A stretch of DNA of 64,000 nt from Bacteroidales bacterium (GTDB taxonomy: Bacteria > Bacteroidota > Bacteroidia > Bacteroidales > UBA932). The stretch is from assembly GCA_017617655.1 (NCBI GenBank), contig JAFZVU010000087.1:610-64609 (forward strand). The letters run 5' to 3'. The notes below the pieces were generated by a model that saw nothing but the letters and a program-made list of their open reading frames with translations, ran no database searches and was not told where the DNA came from. Positions 44,949-54,469 of the stretch are shown here, piece after piece (positions within the stretch are counted from its first letter, which is position 1; each line of letters starts with the position of its first letter). The position numbers were made by a program, and so were the translations under genes.

Positions 44949-45827
44949 CTATAATATGTTCATTGACTGTTCCTTGATCTTTTCGAGCTCATCCTTCATG
45001 CGGACTACGCATTTCTGGATGCCGGCATGGTTGGCCTTGCTGCCGAGGGTGTTGATCTCGCGCCCCATCTCCTGGGCGATGAAGCCAAGCTTCTTGCCCG
45101 GGAACTCCTCGCTGGCGACAGTCTCGCGGAAATAGCGGCAGTGCTGGGCAAGGCGCACCTTTTCTTCGTTGATGTCCAGTTTCTCTATGTAGAAAATGAT
45201 CTCCTGCTCCAGACGGTTCAGATCTGCGTTCACCGCGAGTTCCTTGAGCCTGCTCTCGAGACGCGCCCGAACGGCGGCGGTGCGCTCCGGCTCGAACTCC
45301 GCAATCTGGGGGATGTATGATTCGATAGATGCAACCTTGGCCAGGACGTCTGCCTGCAGCGAGAGGCCTTCTCTCTCCCGGAAATCCTTGAGTGCGGCCA
45401 CAGCGCTCTTTATCGCTGTGAAAAGAGTCTCCCACTGGTCTTCGTCGATCTCGGGCTTGCCGCTGCCTACCACGTCGGGCAGGTGCAGCAGAGAGACGAA
45501 CAGCTCCGTATCCGGAACATACTGCGGTTCTGCCTGCATAGCCGCAGCCTTTACCTGTGCGTAATATTCGGCCAGCACGTCGCCATTAACTTTGTGGGCC
45601 AGCGCCGACTGGTCTTTGTTGTCTAGGCTTACGAAGAGGTCGATGCTGCCCCTGTTAAGCTCGGCGGCCAGATACTGCCGGAGCATTATCTCCTTGTCGC
45701 GGGGGATAAGGGAGGTTTTGAGGGTTATGTCTGCGTTCTTGCCGTTGAGGGAACGGATCTCTACAATATATTTCGAACCGGAGATAATGCATTCAGCCTT
45801 ACCGTATCCGGTCATTGATTTTACCAT
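44949..45827 (-). CDS. yicC: YicC/YloC family stress-induced endoribonuclease
   Basis: MTGYGKAE N-terminus and the C-terminal motif NTLGSKAN...IKEQSMNIL. Confidence 0.85.
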   Translation of the reverse strand: MVKSMTGYGKAECIISGSKYIVEIRSLNGKNADITLKTSLIPRDKEIMLRQYLAAELNRGSIDLFVSLDNKDQSALAHKVNGDVLAEYYAQVKAAAMQAEPQYVPDTELFVSLLHLPDVVGSGKPEIDEDQWETLFTAIKSAVAALKDFREREGLSLQADVLAKVASIESYIPQIAEFEPERTAAVRARLESRLKELAVNADLNRLEQEIIFYIEKLDINEEKVRLAQHCRYFRETVASEEFPGKKLGFIAQEMGREINTLGSKANHAGIQKCVVRMKDELEKIKEQSMNIL

Positions 45828-45873
45828 CTGATATGAATTAGCGTTGCTGAGGATAAAAGTAGCGCATTTTTAC

Positions 45874-45881
45874 TATTTTTG
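45874..45881 (+). promoter_or_regulatory. Bacteroidota -7 promoter box (TATTTTTG) for glnS
   Basis: TAnnTTTG 25 nt upstream of the ATG at 45907. Confidence 0.45.
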
Positions 45882-45906
45882 CAAAATACTAACGCATACA
45901 TTCAAC

Positions 45907-47574
45907 ATGGCTACGACTGAAATCGAAAACGGTGCTGATACCGGTAAAACTCTGAACTTCCTGGAAGAAATCATAGAAAAAGACCTTGCTGAAGGCAAGT
46001 ACAAGGCAATCAAGACAAGATTCCCTCCGGAGCCCAACGGATACCTGCACATAGGCCATGCTAAGAGCATCTGCCTCAACTTCGGCCTGGCGAAGAAATA
46101 CGGCGGTACTACCAACCTCCGCTTCGACGACACCAACCCCGTCAAGGAAGACACAGAATACGTAGAGTCCATAAAAGAAGACATCCACTGGCTGGGCTTC
46201 GACTGGGCCAACGAGTTCTATGCTTCCGACTATTTCGACCAGCTATATGAATGGGCCGAAGAGCTCATCAAGAAAGGTCTCGCATACGTCGACGACCAGA
46301 GCCAGGAAGAGATCCGTCTCGGCCGCGGCACCGTCAGCCAGCCCGGCACCGAGAGCCCCTACCGCAACCGCAGCGTAGAGGAGAACCTCAAGCTCTTCCG
46401 CGAGATGAAGGCAGGTATCTATCCCGACGGCAGCAAGGTGCTCCGCGCCAAGATTGACATGGCCCACCCGAACATGATGTTCCGCGATCCGATAATGTAT
46501 CGTATCATCCATGCCGACCATCACCGCACCGGCAGCAAATGGTGCATCTACCCCATGTACGACTACACCCACGGCCAGTGCGACTCTATAGAGCACATCA
46601 CCCACTCCATCTGTACTCTCGAATTCGACGTCCACAGGCCGCTCTACGACTGGTTCATCGAGCAGCTCGGCATATTCCCCTCTCATCAGTATGAGTTCGC
46701 CCGCCTCAACCTGACCTACACCGTTATGAGCAAGCGCAAGCTTCTCGAGCTGGTGCGCAACAACTATGTCGACGGCTGGGACGATCCCCGCATGCCTACG
46801 ATCTGCGGTATCCGCCGCCGCGGCTACACTCCGGAGTCCATCCGCATGTTCGCAGAGAAGGTCGGAGTGGCGAAGAGAGACAACGTGATAGACCTTTCGC
46901 TGCTCGAATGGTGTCTCCGTCAGGACCTCAACGCCCGTTCGAACCGCTACATGGCCGTCCTGAACCCGGTGAAGCTCATAATCGACAACTACCCCGCCGA
47001 CACTGTCGAGTATTTCGACGCCCCGCTGAACCCGGCAGACCCTGACGGTCCGAAGCGCAGGGTTCCTTTCGGCCGTGAGGTGTACATAGAGCGCGAGGAT
47101 TTCATGGAAGATGCTCCCAAGAAGTATTTCCGCCTGAAACCGGACGGAGAAGTGCGTCTGAAATATGCATACATCGTGAAATTCGCATCTCTGGTCAAGG
47201 ATGCCGACGGCAACATCACCGAGATCCACTGCACCTACGACCCGACCTCTAAGCCGGGTGCCGGCGAATGGCGTTCAGTGAAGGGCACCATCCACTGGGC
47301 CAACTGCAATGTATGCGAGAAGATCGAATGCCACATCCTCGACCGCCTCTTCACCGAGGAGCAGATGGGAGCCATCCCCGAAGGCGTAGACTACAAGACC
47401 TACCTCAACCCCGAGTCACTTATCGTAAAGACAGCATACGCCGAGCCCGACCTGCTGAAGGACGACAGCGGCATCGCAGTACAGTTCGAAAGGACCGGTT
47501 ATTTCTACAAAGACCCCAAGAACGGGGCTTACAACAAGGCCACAGGCCTCAAGGACTCGTTCAAGATCAATTAG
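45907..47574 (+). CDS. glnS: Glutamine--tRNA ligase
   Basis: Class I motifs PEPNGYLHIGHAKS and VMSKRKL. Start set at MATTEIEN. Confidence 0.92.
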   Translation: MATTEIENGADTGKTLNFLEEIIEKDLAEGKYKAIKTRFPPEPNGYLHIGHAKSICLNFGLAKKYGGTTNLRFDDTNPVKEDTEYVESIKEDIHWLGFDWANEFYASDYFDQLYEWAEELIKKGLAYVDDQSQEEIRLGRGTVSQPGTESPYRNRSVEENLKLFREMKAGIYPDGSKVLRAKIDMAHPNMMFRDPIMYRIIHADHHRTGSKWCIYPMYDYTHGQCDSIEHITHSICTLEFDVHRPLYDWFIEQLGIFPSHQYEFARLNLTYTVMSKRKLLELVRNNYVDGWDDPRMPTICGIRRRGYTPESIRMFAEKVGVAKRDNVIDLSLLEWCLRQDLNARSNRYMAVLNPVKLIIDNYPADTVEYFDAPLNPADPDGPKRRVPFGREVYIEREDFMEDAPKKYFRLKPDGEVRLKYAYIVKFASLVKDADGNITEIHCTYDPTSKPGAGEWRSVKGTIHWANCNVCEKIECHILDRLFTEEQMGAIPEGVDYKTYLNPESLIVKTAYAEPDLLKDDSGIAVQFERTGYFYKDPKNGAYNKATGLKDSFKIN

Positions 47575-48446
47575 TAATACTTGACTTCGCTGCCTTCCAG
47601 GGCGCTGAGCAGGTTGTTCGCCATGCGGCTGGCTCCGAAGCGGAAGAATTCCTTGTTCAGCCATCCTTCGCCGAGGACGGTATCTACTATGCCGTAATAC
47701 AGCGAAGCGTCATCGGGGGTGGCTATTCCTCCTGCAGGCTTGAAACCTACCTTGCGGGCTGTTGCTGACACATATTTGGCTATGCACTCGCACATTATGT
47801 ATGCTGCCTCGGGCGTAGCCGAGATAGAAGTCTTGCCGGTGGAAGTCTTGATGAAGTCGGCTCCCGCCTCCATGGCGAGGAAAGAAGCCTGGGCTATGTT
47901 ATCATAGCTGCCGAGCGAACCTGTCTCAAGGATGACTTTAAGCGTCACATTCCTCTTCGCAGCCGACTTGATGGCTTTCTTTATTTCCGAGATCTCCTTT
48001 GAGGCATCGCGATAACGGCCGTCCAGGAACGAGTTGAGGGCAAGCACTATGTCCACCTCGTCGGCACCGTCGCCCACAGCCTTCACACATTCGAACACCT
48101 TGACGTCCAGGAAGCTCTGAGACGCAGGGAAGCACCCTCCCACCACAGTCACATGGACCTCGGGATTATCCCTGGTTATGGCTACTGTCTTGGCGAAATT
48201 CGGATATACGCAGATTGACGCCGGCAGAGGGTAATCGGGGTACAGTCCGTTGAATTCGTTGACCTTCTTGGTCATGGCCGCAATCCTGGTCGGAGTGTCG
48301 GTAACTGTAAGGGAGGTCAGGTCTATCATGCCGAGAGCTTTGGCATAGACTTCCTTGTTCTGCCATTTTGCGAGGTTTTCCTTGACGGCGGCGACCTTCT
48401 CGTCTATATTGGTCGGCACGTATCCATATTTCTCAAGATAGTTCAT
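47571..48446 (-). CDS. deoC: Deoxyribose-phosphate aldolase (long form)
   Basis: DeoC-like with the Schiff-base lysine context FIKTSTGK. Confidence 0.82.
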   Translation of the reverse strand: MNYLEKYGYVPTNIDEKVAAVKENLAKWQNKEVYAKALGMIDLTSLTVTDTPTRIAAMTKKVNEFNGLYPDYPLPASICVYPNFAKTVAITRDNPEVHVTVVGGCFPASQSFLDVKVFECVKAVGDGADEVDIVLALNSFLDGRYRDASKEISEIKKAIKSAAKRNVTLKVILETGSLGSYDNIAQASFLAMEAGADFIKTSTGKTSISATPEAAYIMCECIAKYVSATARKVGFKPAGGIATPDDASLYYGIVDTVLGEGWLNKEFFRFGASRMANNLLSALEGSEVKYY

Positions 48447-48478
48447 GGTTCAGGTTCAGCTTCAGGGTTTTATCTGTA

Positions 48479-48919
48479 TTATTCCAATTCTGTTTCATCG
48501 GGAGAAGACAACTCTTGCCGGTTCCTCCTTCCCCTCGGAGTCCTTGCGGCAGGCTCGTCCGGCACAGGCAGTTCCTCCTCTTTCGTTCCCATCCTGGCCT
48601 CCATAGCTTTTTCCTCGCTCTCGAAACGGTCGAACGTAACTTTGAAGATTTCCTTGAACTTGACGGGATGGTGGAGATAATAATCCAGGGAACGGTTGAA
48701 ATCTTCGACGCTGTAACCGTATTCGTCGAAAAGGGCGCCATAGACAGAAGTGGTGTCCGCCATGTTCGAATAATCTCTGGCATACTCGATCTGGGCGTCC
48801 AGGACATACATGTCATGGAGTATCTTCGACATCTTTCCGGGAGGGATTACACCTTTGTGGCTGCAGCCTGACAGCAGCAGCACAATCACCAGCAATATGA
48901 CCGGACATCTTCTTATCAT
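48479..48919 (-). CDS. DUF4296-like lipoprotein
   Basis: Start set at MIRRCPVILLVIVLLLSGC (lipobox). The track ORF extends 49 codons further into the purD promoter region. Confidence 0.55.
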   Translation of the reverse strand: MIRRCPVILLVIVLLLSGCSHKGVIPPGKMSKILHDMYVLDAQIEYARDYSNMADTTSVYGALFDEYGYSVEDFNRSLDYYLHHPVKFKEIFKVTFDRFESEEKAMEARMGTKEEELPVPDEPAARTPRGRRNRQELSSPDETELE

Positions 48920-48923
48920 ATTA

Positions 48924-48931
48924 CAAATGTA
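48924..48931 (-). promoter_or_regulatory. Bacteroidota -7 promoter box (TACATTTG) 4 nt upstream of the lipoprotein ATG
   Basis: The minus strand reads TACATTTG-taat-ATG. Confidence 0.4.
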
Positions 48932-48954
48932 ATAAAAAATAAGAGTGTTATTTG

Positions 48955-48962
48955 TATCTTTG
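48955..48962 (+). promoter_or_regulatory. Bacteroidota -7 promoter box (TATCTTTG) for purD
   Basis: TAnnTTTG 26 nt upstream of the ATG at 48989. Confidence 0.5.
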
Positions 48963-48988
48963 CGTGTCAAGCAAACCCATTTTGATAT

Positions 48989-50275
48989 ATGAACGTACTG
49001 GTTATAGGAGGAGGCGGCCGCGAGCACGCAATCGCATGGAAAATAGACCAAAGCCGCATCGACCATAATATTTTCTGCCTTCCCGGCAATCCCGGCACTG
49101 CCGCTTTTGCCACCAACATCCCCGGAAAGGTCACTGACTTTGCACTTGTGAAGGAAACTGTTGAAAGCAAGGCCATCGACCTTGTAGTTGTAGGTCCCGA
49201 AGTGCCGCTCGTAGAAGGCATCGCCGACTTCCTGGCCGCAGAGGTGCCGTCAGTGAAGGTTATCGGTCCGTCAAAGCAAGGTGCGATGCTCGAAGGCAGC
49301 AAGGATTTCGCCAAGGATTTCATGACCAGGCACGGCATACCCACTGCCAGATACGCAACTTTCACCGCAGCCGGCTATGACGATGCCTGCGCTTTCCTGG
49401 AAGGGATGCAGCCGCCTTACGTGCTGAAGGCCGACGGCCTTGCAGCCGGCAAGGGCGTACTGATAGTGTCTGACCTGCAGGAGGCGAAGTCGCTGCTGAA
49501 AGACGTCTTCGACGGCAAATTCGGCGCCGCAGGCGACAAGGTGGTGATAGAGCAGTTCCTCGACGGCATCGAGATGTCAGCTTTCGTGCTGACCGACGGC
49601 AAGGACTACCTGCTTCTTCCGGAAGCCAAGGACTACAAACGCATAGGTGACGGAGACACCGGCCTGAACACCGGCGGCATGGGTTCTGTCAGCCCTGTCT
49701 GCTTCGCCGACGAGGCCTTCATGGAGAAGGTGCGCAGCCGCGTCATCGAGCCCACCATCGCAGGAATAGCCAAAGACAAGCTTGACTACAAAGGTTTCAT
49801 TTTCTTCGGCCTCATGAATTGCGGCGGAGACCCTTACGTAATCGAATACAACGTCCGCATGGGCGACCCCGAGACCGAGTCTGTCATGACCCGCATCAAA
49901 AGCGACCTGCTGGAGCACATGGTAGCATGTGCCGAAGGCACCCTTGGCGACGAAGTAATTGAGATATCAGACAAGGCCGCCGTGACTGTCATAATGGCTT
50001 CCGGCGGATATCCTGAAGCATACAAGTCTCATTATCCCATCCAGGGACATGTGGAGAAAGGCGCACTGGTCTTCCATTGCGGCACTGCCTTCGAGGACAA
50101 CGCCATCGTGACTGCCGGAGGAAGGGTACTTGCCGTGACAGCCAACGCCGCGAACATCGAGGATGCCCGCGAAGATGCATACAACGCCGTCGGAAACATT
50201 TTCTTCGAAGACTGCTACTATCGCAACGACATTGCTTGCGACCTGCTCTCACTAGCAGGCGGTGACGAAGACTGA
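48989..50275 (+). CDS. purD: Phosphoribosylamine--glycine ligase
   Basis: MNVLVIGGGGREHA and an ATP-grasp body (YVLKADGLAAGKGV, EYNVRMGDPE). Confidence 0.92.
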   Translation: MNVLVIGGGGREHAIAWKIDQSRIDHNIFCLPGNPGTAAFATNIPGKVTDFALVKETVESKAIDLVVVGPEVPLVEGIADFLAAEVPSVKVIGPSKQGAMLEGSKDFAKDFMTRHGIPTARYATFTAAGYDDACAFLEGMQPPYVLKADGLAAGKGVLIVSDLQEAKSLLKDVFDGKFGAAGDKVVIEQFLDGIEMSAFVLTDGKDYLLLPEAKDYKRIGDGDTGLNTGGMGSVSPVCFADEAFMEKVRSRVIEPTIAGIAKDKLDYKGFIFFGLMNCGGDPYVIEYNVRMGDPETESVMTRIKSDLLEHMVACAEGTLGDEVIEISDKAAVTVIMASGGYPEAYKSHYPIQGHVEKGALVFHCGTAFEDNAIVTAGGRVLAVTANAANIEDAREDAYNAVGNIFFEDCYYRNDIACDLLSLAGGDED

Positions 50276-51264
50276 TGAGCTCGCGCTACGACATAAGCCA
50301 TTTCGCCATTCCCCTTGCCGTCACTGCGCTGATCCTGATTGCAAGTCTGCCTTTCATGCCGTGCATGGCAGCGGACTGTATCGGATATTCCCTTGCAGGC
50401 CAGCTTTTGCGCATCGACTGGATTGCCGGCAATCCCTATCTGTCCAAGATAGTCGCTTTCATTCTGCTTGCGGTGTGGCCGTTTGTCTTCTTTGCCATGG
50501 ACAGGCTTTACCCGCTGCACCTGGGCCCCTGTCTGCCGCTGCTCTATGCCGTATTTATCTTCTCCTGCCGCGACGCCCTGTGCCTCAGCCCGCTCCATAT
50601 TGCGGCATTCTTCCTCGCCTGGGCTTTTTTCTACAGTTTCAGAGCCTCGATGGAGCCATACGATGCCGACAACCCCTTCGTTTCGATGATGATGCTGTCG
50701 GCAGCGTCCCTGTTCTTCGTGCCGCTGATATGGATGGCCCCGCTGATGGCCGGCCTTGACAACAACAACTCAACCCAGAAAGGAAAGACTATAACCGGTT
50801 CGATATGCGGCTTGCTGCTGCCTCTGGTCTTCGTCACCGGCATCCATGCAATCACATCCGGTTTCACCGACATCCTGTCCCCTGTTATACGCTATGGCGA
50901 GATGGCCGTCGGCATCGACGCCGGCCTGCCGCAGATACATCAGTCAGCCACCGTGCTGAAGGTGATCCTCTTGGTCATCTCCACGATCTGGGCCGCCATA
51001 ATGTTCCTGACAGTGTTCGGCACCCTGGACATTGCTGCCGAAAGAGGCCATATACGATGCCTGCTGTACAGCGCGATGCTCGCCGCAATCATACTGGTGT
51101 TCGGAAAATCCCTCAGCTCGCTTCCCTGGATGCTGCCTCTGATGCCGCTGTCGCTGTTCATGTATGCATTCTTCAGCAAGATGACACAGAAAAGAGCAGG
51201 GATCTTCCTGCTCTCGCTGCTGCTGTTGCTGATTGTCGCTGAAAGGATAGTCGTCCTGATATAG
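50275..51264 (+). CDS. Polytopic membrane protein of unknown function
   Basis: 329 aa with about 9 hydrophobic segments. Its start overlaps the purD stop. Confidence 0.5.
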   Translation: MSSRYDISHFAIPLAVTALILIASLPFMPCMAADCIGYSLAGQLLRIDWIAGNPYLSKIVAFILLAVWPFVFFAMDRLYPLHLGPCLPLLYAVFIFSCRDALCLSPLHIAAFFLAWAFFYSFRASMEPYDADNPFVSMMMLSAASLFFVPLIWMAPLMAGLDNNNSTQKGKTITGSICGLLLPLVFVTGIHAITSGFTDILSPVIRYGEMAVGIDAGLPQIHQSATVLKVILLVISTIWAAIMFLTVFGTLDIAAERGHIRCLLYSAMLAAIILVFGKSLSSLPWMLPLMPLSLFMYAFFSKMTQKRAGIFLLSLLLLLIVAERIVVLI

Positions 51265-51269
51265 GACGG

Positions 51270-52013
51270 CTACATGGCCATTCCGCCGTCTACCGGAATA
51301 ACCTGCCCTGTAATATATGATGCCATGTCGCTGGCAAGGAAGAGACACGCAGCGGCCACATCTTCCGGAGTACCGCCCCTTCGCAGGGGGATGTTTGCCT
51401 CCCACTCTTTAAGCGTCTCGGCCGGCATCCCGGCCGTCATGTCGGTCTTTATGAAACCGGGCGCCACAACGTTCACGCGCACCCCTCTCGAACCGACCTC
51501 CCTTGCTACAGACTTTGCGAGGCCTATGAGACCGGCTTTAGAGGCGGAATAGTTGCTCTGGCCTGCATTGCCGTGCATTCCAACCACCGAACTGATGTTG
51601 ATTATGGAGCCGCAGCGGGCGCGGAGCATGGCAGGAGTTACTGCATGCATATAGTTGAACGCGCTCTTGAGGTTGGCGTTTATGACTGCATCCCACTGCT
51701 CTTCGCTCATGCGCATCATCAGACCGTCCCTGGTGATGCCGGCGTTGTTTACAAGGATGTCTATATGCTTGAATTCAGCCAGGACCTGCTCCACCACTTG
51801 CGCCGCGCTGTCGAAAGACGAAGCGTCGGATGCTATGGCAAGCGCCTTCACTCCGAATGCTTCAATCTCGCGCTTAGTCTCCATCGCAGCATCTTTTGAA
51901 GTCATGTAAGTAAATGCGATGCAAGCGCCCTCGGCGGCGAACTTCAGGGCGATCGCCTTGCCGATTCCTTTAGCTGCGCCGGTGATCAGCGCCGTCTTGT
52001 TCTCCAGTAACAT
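51270..52013 (-). CDS. fabG: 3-oxoacyl-[acyl-carrier-protein] reductase
   Basis: SDR motifs TGAAKGIG, NNAG and YSASKAG. Confidence 0.85.
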   Translation of the reverse strand: MLLENKTALITGAAKGIGKAIALKFAAEGACIAFTYMTSKDAAMETKREIEAFGVKALAIASDASSFDSAAQVVEQVLAEFKHIDILVNNAGITRDGLMMRMSEEQWDAVINANLKSAFNYMHAVTPAMLRARCGSIINISSVVGMHGNAGQSNYSASKAGLIGLAKSVAREVGSRGVRVNVVAPGFIKTDMTAGMPAETLKEWEANIPLRRGGTPEDVAAACLFLASDMASYITGQVIPVDGGMAM

Positions 52014-52018
52014 AGTGA

Positions 52019-53320
52019 CTATATGAATTGCGCCGTAAGGTCGTATTCGTCCGCGGCCGTTATCTTTACTTTCATGAAATTGCCCTGCATGGAAGCAGGT
52101 ATCGCAGCTGCAGGGATAAGTATCTCTCCGTCGACGTCGACAGATTCTTTCTCGCTTCGGGCGTGAACCATCCCGTCGCTGAAACCATCCACGAGCACCC
52201 TTTCTACGTTCCCCACCCTGCTTTCGTTATACTCCAGCGAAATACCGCTCTGGAGTTCCATCAAGGTCTCGTATCGTTCCTGCTTTACCCTCTTCGATAT
52301 GGAATCTTTGTAATTGAGGGCTCCGTAGGTATTCTCTTCCTCACTGTATGTGAATGCACCCAGGCGTTCGAAGCGATACTCGCGCACGAAATCCAGCAGG
52401 TCGCGGAACTCCCGCACTCCTTCTCCCGGATGCCCCACTATCATGGTAGTGCGGAGTACGATACCCGGCACGGCCTTGCGGAACTTGTCGACCAGCGCCC
52501 TTGTGGCGTCGCCGTCGATGCCGCGGTGCATCATCGCCAGCACTTTGCTTGACGAGTGTTGAAGGGGGATGTCCAGATATTTGCAGACCTTGTCGCAGCC
52601 GGCCATCATCTCAAGGACGTCCTCAGGGAAATCCGAAGGGTAGCTGTAATGGATCCTTATCCATTCTATGCCCTTTATGTCCGCCAGCCGCCCGAGCAGC
52701 GTGCCGAGCATCCTCTTGCGATAGAGGTCGAGGCCGTAGAAGGTAGTGTCCTGTGCAATCAGCAGCAGTTCCTTCACCCCTTTGTCGGCCAGCATCTGCG
52801 CTTCTGCCACCAGGTCGTCCATGGGAACCGACACATGGCGACCCCTTATCGAAGGGATGGCGCAATATGCGCAGCTGCGGTCGCAGCCTTCCGAAATCTT
52901 CAGGAAGGCATAGTGCGACGGTGTGGTGAGATGTCTCTGGAGCGATATAGTAGGGTCGTACTTGATGCCGGCGGCCTCCAGCATCGCCGGTCCGTCGTCA
53001 GCCCCGAAAAAGCCGTCCACTCCCTCTATCTCTTCGGGCAATTCCTTGCGGTAGCGCTGAGACAGGCAGCCGAATACGAAGACCTTCTTCACCAGACCAC
53101 GTTTCTTAGCTTCGAGGACGGTGAATATCGCCTCTATGGATTCTGTCTTGGCGGACTGGATGAAGCCGCAGGTGTTGAGGGCCACTATGTCCGGCCTTGC
53201 CATGTCAAGCGGCTCTTCTTCCGGCACAATGACAAAGCCCGCCTGCTCGAACTGGCGCAGCAGGCGTTCTGAATCCACTCGGTTCTTTGAGCAGCCTAAG
53301 GTTATGAGCTGCAGTTTCAA
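52019..53320 (-). CDS. rimO: Ribosomal protein S12 methylthiotransferase
   Basis: MTTase N-domain LGCSKN, radical-SAM motif CDRSCAYCAIP and a TRAM C-terminus. Confidence 0.9.
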   Translation of the reverse strand: MKLQLITLGCSKNRVDSERLLRQFEQAGFVIVPEEEPLDMARPDIVALNTCGFIQSAKTESIEAIFTVLEAKKRGLVKKVFVFGCLSQRYRKELPEEIEGVDGFFGADDGPAMLEAAGIKYDPTISLQRHLTTPSHYAFLKISEGCDRSCAYCAIPSIRGRHVSVPMDDLVAEAQMLADKGVKELLLIAQDTTFYGLDLYRKRMLGTLLGRLADIKGIEWIRIHYSYPSDFPEDVLEMMAGCDKVCKYLDIPLQHSSSKVLAMMHRGIDGDATRALVDKFRKAVPGIVLRTTMIVGHPGEGVREFRDLLDFVREYRFERLGAFTYSEEENTYGALNYKDSISKRVKQERYETLMELQSGISLEYNESRVGNVERVLVDGFSDGMVHARSEKESVDVDGEILIPAAAIPASMQGNFMKVKITAADEYDLTAQFI

Positions 53321-53321
53321 A

Positions 53322-53891
53322 TCAGTTGGCTTTCCTTTGTACTGACTTGGTAGACTTCTTCGTAGAAGCGGCTTTGGCGGTAGCAGCCTTGGCAGAAGTG
53401 GCCTTTGCGGGAGCCTTTGCCTGCTTGGCGGCGGCTATCTTGGCTGCCGACTCGGGTTTCTCCTCTTCCTTGTGGAGCTCGGGAGACTCTTCCTCGTCAT
53501 CCACGAAGTCAAGAGATGCGTACTTCTTGAGCAGGTTATACCACTCGACTACTTTCTTCATGTGAGACAGATAGAAACGGTCGCGGTCGTAGCTGGGAAC
53601 AGCCTTGGCGAAGAAGTCCTTGATGACCTTCTCGTCAGATTTCTGCGACGGAGCCTCTTCATCGCCCAGGGCAGCGTTCATCTTGCGGAACACTTCCTTG
53701 AGGGGAAGCTCGTCTTCCTCTGTATATATGGACACATCAGCGAGGGTGGTCATCTTCATGTTGCCTGAGAAGGCAGTACGGTGACCGGTGGCGAACGCCT
53801 CTACGATCACTCCGTTCTTTGACTGTGCGAGATAGTGGAAAAGGCCTGACTGGCCTGCTATTGACAATACTTTCTTTAAATCTGTTGCCAT
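53322..53891 (-). CDS. DUF5606-like protein with Ala/Lys-rich histone-H1-like tail
   Basis: N-terminal LKKVLSIAGQSGLFHYLAQSKNGVIVE and the tail AAKIAAAKQAKAPAKATSAKAATAKAASTKKSTK. Confidence 0.6.
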   Translation of the reverse strand: MATDLKKVLSIAGQSGLFHYLAQSKNGVIVEAFATGHRTAFSGNMKMTTLADVSIYTEEDELPLKEVFRKMNAALGDEEAPSQKSDEKVIKDFFAKAVPSYDRDRFYLSHMKKVVEWYNLLKKYASLDFVDDEEESPELHKEEEKPESAAKIAAAKQAKAPAKATSAKAATAKAASTKKSTKSVQRKAN

Positions 53892-54469
53892 TTCTGTATT
53901 AATGATAATAATTGGGGGATTATCGCATCCCTGTCGTTTGTTTCAAGTATATAATCCGCATATTTGCGGCGCTGCTCATCGCTTATCTGGTTAGCCATGC
54001 GCTTCTCGACGGCTTCGCGGCTCAGGCCGTCACGGGCCATCACCCTTTCTATCCTCAGCTCCCTGGGAGCCGTCACCAGCAGCACGTAATCCGGCATTTC
54101 GCGCAGATAGGGCTTGTCCAGCAGTATAGCAGATTCAAATATAACCAATTTTGAACTTTGTTCCTGCAGCCAGCGGGAGAAATCGCGGATGACAGCCGGA
54201 TGGACGACGCTTTCCAGCCTGGCAAGCAGGTCTGCATCGCTGAATATCTTCGCCGCAAGGGCGCGGCGGTCCAGCCTGCCCTCCACGACTACATCGTCAC
54301 CTGCGACCCGCGCCACTTCGGCCAGCAGAGCGGCATCCTCGTCGTAAAGCTCCTTGGCCCTGCTGTCGCAGTCGTAGCCCGGGATTCCCAGGCCCTCGAA
54401 AGTCTTGACCACATTGGTCTTTCCGCTGCCAATGCCCCCCGTACACCCTATGATCACCGGCCTGCTCAT
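53876..54469 (-). CDS. coaE: Dephospho-CoA kinase
   Basis: P-loop IGCTGGIGSGKT. Start set at MSRPV, which gives an ATGA overlap with the upstream gene's stop. Confidence 0.85.
   Translation of the reverse strand: MSRPVIIGCTGGIGSGKTNVVKTFEGLGIPGYDCDSRAKELYDEDAALLAEVARVAGDDVVVEGRLDRRALAAKIFSDADLLARLESVVHPAVIRDFSRWLQEQSSKLVIFESAILLDKPYLREMPDYVLLVTAPRELRIERVMARDGLSREAVEKRMANQISDEQRRKYADYILETNDRDAIIPQLLSLIQKWQQI

Noticed and set aside
48479-49066. Full 195-aa version of the minus-strand ORF upstream of purD.
   Set aside because: The extra 49 N-terminal codons run across the purD start and its promoter box. An internal ATG at 48919 gives a canonical lipoprotein signal preceded by its own TAnnTTTG box.
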